Made by a program: the position numbers and the translations under genes. Shown here in pieces: positions 60,162 to 64,000 of a DNA stretch of 64,000 nucleotides; position 1 is the stretch's first letter; each line of letters opens with the position of its first letter. Origin of the DNA: Asterias rubens (taxonomy: Eukaryota). The DNA is taken from contig NC_047067.1 in the NCBI RefSeq assembly GCF_902459465.1, positions 10,292,001-10,356,000 of the forward strand, given 5' to 3'. Below the pieces are notes generated by a model, which saw nothing but the letters and a program-made list of their open reading frames with translations, was not told the origin of the DNA and did not search any database.

Positions 60162-61092
60162 GGCGTGTATGCATGGTCACGTTTCTATCGTTTGACCTTT
60201 GCAATGGCAGCCTGTGCAGGGGGGGGGGGGGGGGGGGGGGGTGATGACCAGATGCGACTTACCAGAATTCAGTGATTGCAAGGTGACGAAGAAGAAATTG
60301 ATATAATAGTCAATATGAAACGATATTGAACTTCCCCTAGCCCTATACATGTTTCATAGCCTAGGAATAACTCATAGCTTTCCGATTTAAAAATTTAGTT
60401 TTCATGCCTAAATTTCGCCCACTTATTCATTTCGGACTGTCGCTTGGAGGAAATGAGGAAGAAATACAACGGCTACGGGTGACTCAGTTACAAGTGTAAT
60501 GTGATGGAGAATCAAGGGTCATGCTCTGATGCATTTTACCGCCTCTAAAATTTATGAGACTATGAGTGGGTGTAAACAAGGTGATGATGCAAAAATTGAT
60601 TCAACAGACGTAGCATCAGTAAGCAATTAATCGTAGCATAAACAAGATATTGTTCAAGAGAGATTGTGCAGCTGTGTGATGGTGCTATAGTCTTATATTA
60701 TCAATGATGTTATCAATTTGTGGTGCTAAAGATTGCCATAACTGTGATCATGGATAGCTCCGTGCTGTGGTTGATTAAAGCCTGATTTACACTTCACACG
60801 AAAGTGAGTGCATACAGAGTTTAAAATTAGTAGTGAAAGAAAATTTAAAATGTAACAATTCACGTTTAAACCCCTTTATCTTTGTTTCATTCTCTCACAT
60901 CTCTTGGTGTTTCTACTTACACAACTTTTGAGGTTTTATCAGCGAAAAGCATAGATTATGCCATTTTTCAAATGAATAAGAAAATTGCAAATGATCTGAG
61001 TCAACAAATGTTTTGCTTGATCTTACCACACATGTAGCTGTAAGATTTAAGGACCAAGAGTTCAACTTGAATTCGCTCTTATTCTTTCTCAG

Positions 61093-61279
61093 GTTTATGT
61101 TGCTCGAGACAGTGGGGATACACCTGGGCACATTGCCTGGCGTTTTGACCTCAAGGAGTCGGGACTTGTTGTAGAGAGTATCACTATCGCTGTTGCCGCC
61201 AAAACTTACCAAAATGGGAAAGTCGTCTGGAAGGTGTTTGCCGATGGTAGACCTCCAAAGGAGCTGCCAGTCAATGAAG
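61093..61279 (+). CDS. NGLY1: NGLY1 exon 11 (PAW domain); gene continues beyond what I could identify
   Basis: VYVARDSGDTPGHIAWRFDLKESGLVVESITIAVAAKTYQNGKVVWKVFADGRPPKELPVNE + 1 nt; donor G|GTGAGT. No matching terminal exon found in 61280-64000. Confidence 0.93.
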
Positions 61280-61317
61280 GTGAGTAGGGAAGAAATTCAT
61301 TTAGTGCTTCAATAGGT

Positions 61318-61704
61318 TTAAAGGAATGTTACAGAATTGGTAAGAAACAAAAATCGTGAAGATCACAGATTTTTGTAAAGTTTACACGGTCTAATGATGA
61401 TGATAGTAGAAAGCGTCTCTTGAAATATTTCTGTCTGAAATGTGATATTTCATGAGAAATAAATAATCTAACTTCGCGTTTGGAGTTTATCGCTCAGTGA
61501 GCGCTTTATTCATTTTTATTTTGGCATCGATGCAATGCAAAATTTGTGTAATTGATTTTTCACTATTCTCCTGTGACCTAGATGGCCGATCGATCTCAAA
61601 CTTCAACAGGTTTGTCAGTTTATGTATATGGTGGTTTACATAAAGTGCTTACACTGCCAGCAACTGTTTCGTTTGCAAAACTCAATTCTGAAATGTTCCT
61701 TTAA
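61318..61704. mobile_element. TTAA-flanked MITE family 4
   Basis: TTAAAGGAATGTTACAGAATTG...CAATTCTGAAATGTTCCTTTAA; shares sequence modules with families 1 and 2. Confidence 0.78.
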
Positions 61705-62707
61705 GCGCAGATTTAAACTCATTTGTATTTTGCACATCTTCATTACTCATTTTCATCAGACTCAAAGTCCACATTAAAAAACAAGATATTACACAATGAG
61801 GTATAATACTTCCTTATAAATTGAACAAAAAAAGTGATTCGGTGTAAACAAATTGCCATTGAATTGACCAGAGTGATTTTGAATGTCTTAGACCCTCACA
61901 GTACGCTGGTTAAAAAGACACGTAATGTCATTCAGTTTTGCTTTTAAGGCACTATTGTCTTTAGAAACTGCAAATGAAAAGTCTAGAAGCAATGGCTGCA
62001 GTCAGGGCATACACAAGTTCAAAGACTTCTGAAACTTTACTATGGACTTCACAATTTGAACTTTCACAAAGTTAATTTTAAGGTTACTCGGCCGAGTTTG
62101 GTTTATGTACACGTATCTGTCTCAAAACCATCAGAATTCCCTCTAGCGGTGAAAACGATATTTTCAACATAACGGCTTTTTGCAAATAAGGGTTTATCAG
62201 CACAAGTGTAACTCAAACACCTCTAATCTGAACCTTATAATGGGGACCATAAATTGGCTTTGCTCCCACACACAAGCAAGCTGGGTACGCAGTTTATTGC
62301 CTCCCACTTGGTCGGTAAAATTGCTCTGTGTGATAAGATCTTGAGGTTGTGTGTGCAACTTAGAGCAAGAGGAAGATTAGAAACTTCACCACCGAAGCTA
62401 ACATATTTATGGAAAGTATGAGTTGGGAAGTTTACTCCAACCTTTAAGCAAGAGAAAGTGTTACATAATGGAGAATCCAAATACTTATCCCGTAAAGGTG
62501 TAAATGTCATTGGGTATTTAATCGGTTACACACCTTTGTTTCGACACCACTATATGTTTCGATACCTTTTACTGTATTTTCCTGTTCCTTATCCTAATCC
62601 TAACCCTAACTCTAGCGTGTGAATCACGAGGGGGGATTTCGGAACATAGATGTAGGGTTGCTAGAACTTAGTGGTGTAAGAATGTAGACCAGTCGCCCTT
62701 CTATCAT

Positions 62708-63163
62708 TTAAAGGATTCAGGTACTTTTTCTAAGTGTCCACAGATTTACTCTAAACTTGTTGAAGATAATGATTGAATTTGAAGATAATGACACTGTAGA
62801 AAGCTTCCCTTCAAATATTACTTACTGAAGTGCTAAAGGTTTTGAGAAATGACTTAAACAAGTCGCAAAATAATTTTTGTTTCAGTGAGACAAAAATTAT
62901 TTTAGCAAGGAAAAAATCTATTAACCAGTTATGATATTATACCATAACATACGATAACTGGTTTATAGGTAGTTCCATTCTACATACTGAGACGATAGTT
63001 ATTTTTGTGACATGTTTTTACTCAATTCTCAAAAACTACAGCACCTCATTAAGTAATATTTGAAGGAAAGCTTTCTACTATCATTATCTTGGAACTGTGC
63101 AAGTTTAGTGTAAATCTGTGGACATTGTGTTTAGTGTTTGAAAAAAAGTACATAGATCTTTTA
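62708..63163. mobile_element. TTAA-flanked MITE family 2
   Basis: TTAAAGGATTCAGGTACTTT...AAAGTACATAGATCTTT; same internal palindromic blocks as 36174-36540. Confidence 0.8.
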
Positions 63164-63623
63164 CACATCCTATTAAGTTTAAGGCATCCATAACTCAGCT
63201 TTTTTTTATTTTATAAAATACAATGGGCACGTTTGCAAGATAAACAAGGATTATATAATAATACCAGTTGTGTATTATCTGGGATGTTTTGTACAAACAT
63301 TTCTGGGGTTTTTCTTCCCTCTTATTGAGGAATGGGGAAAAAAACTAAAGTGTCTTTGGAAAATTTGCTCTTACATGGCACTACCTAAGACACCTCCCTC
63401 GGTATTTGGTACTGATGTCAAGTTTCGAGTCAAATTGGCTTTTTAAGGCAGAAGATTGTTTAAGTCACAAATAGTTTTAACAGGGACAGAGGAGTATCGG
63501 GGAGGGACAGAGTTGCTACGCTACACTTTAATCATTTATTGAGGGAAAGTTAATACCAATATAAACCACAAGGGAAACTGACTGGGTAAACTTTGAAATG
63601 ATTTTTGGGGTTGAACAAAGAAT

Positions 63624-63696
63624 TGACTAGAGTGGGATTCGAACCAACGACCTCCGGATTAACGTGCCGGCGCTCAACCAACTGAGCTATCTAGCC
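63624..63696 (-). mobile_element. tRNA-like SINE head (GTT anticodon position); probably not a functional tRNA
   Basis: 73-nt cloverleaf with A box (TAGCTCAGTTGG) and B box (GGTTCGAATCCC). It lacks U33 (loop ACGTTAA) and has mismatches in the anticodon and T stems. Flanking sequence recurs at about 38482 and 47335. Confidence 0.7.
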
Positions 63697-64000
63697 CTAT
63701 ATTGGCAGTGTCCCTATTTTGTCAATATCTTTGTTCGGGGGTGCCAGTCAGAAGCCATACCTAAGGAGTGTTAACTGTTCTGTATTAGCGTCATTTTTTG
63801 CATGCACATTGAAAACGTACCCCCGGCAGCTACTTTAAAGGCAATGACAACAACATGAATAAGTAACTCCCCATTCATTCATTCATTCATTCACAAGCCT
63901 AATGGACCATTGAGTTGAATTGAATTGAATTGTTTTAATCATCAAGTATAACAAATACATGAATTTCAAATTCCAAATGTACAGCAACATACAAAATATT

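Noticed and set aside
63624-63696. Functional tRNA-Asn(GTT)
   Set aside because: Missing U33, stem mismatches and repeat-derived flanks favour a SINE or pseudogene; tRNAscan-SE would settle it.
61280-64000. Terminal NGLY1 exon
   Set aside because: No segment encoding the expected WQH.QLFRQ-like PAW end was found; it probably lies beyond the window.

Overview
Eukaryotic (animal) genomic DNA, AT-rich and repeat-rich. The repeat vocabulary suggests an invertebrate deuterostome such as a sea star; this is an unverified inference. Two spliced genes could be rebuilt by hand, arranged head-to-head with start codons about 3.2 kb apart. (1) Minus strand: a complete 3-exon, 160-aa Ly6/uPAR three-finger protein gene (31427-31358, 2477-2352, 1585-1299) with a signal peptide, a 12-Cys LU domain and a hydrophobic C-terminus; its first intron is 28.9 kb. 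(2) Plus strand: NGLY1 (peptide:N-glycanase), coding exons 1-11 from 34618 to 61279, covering the PUB domain, transglutaminase-like core and most of the PAW domain. All junctions are GT-AG and in phase; the last exon was not found in the window. Introns contain TTAA-flanked (Kolobok-like) MITEs, PIF/Harbinger-like MITEs, a decayed Harbinger Myb-like ORF, two L2-type LINE 3' fragments, tRNA-derived SINE-like units and a Ginger1-like element. They also hold a ~4.6-kb 189-bp satellite with a higher-order repeat and several minisatellites. Most other ORFs in the supplied track look spurious. No CRISPR, rRNA or clearly functional tRNA was seen. I cannot claim a proven new biological system; the findings are ranked hypotheses.
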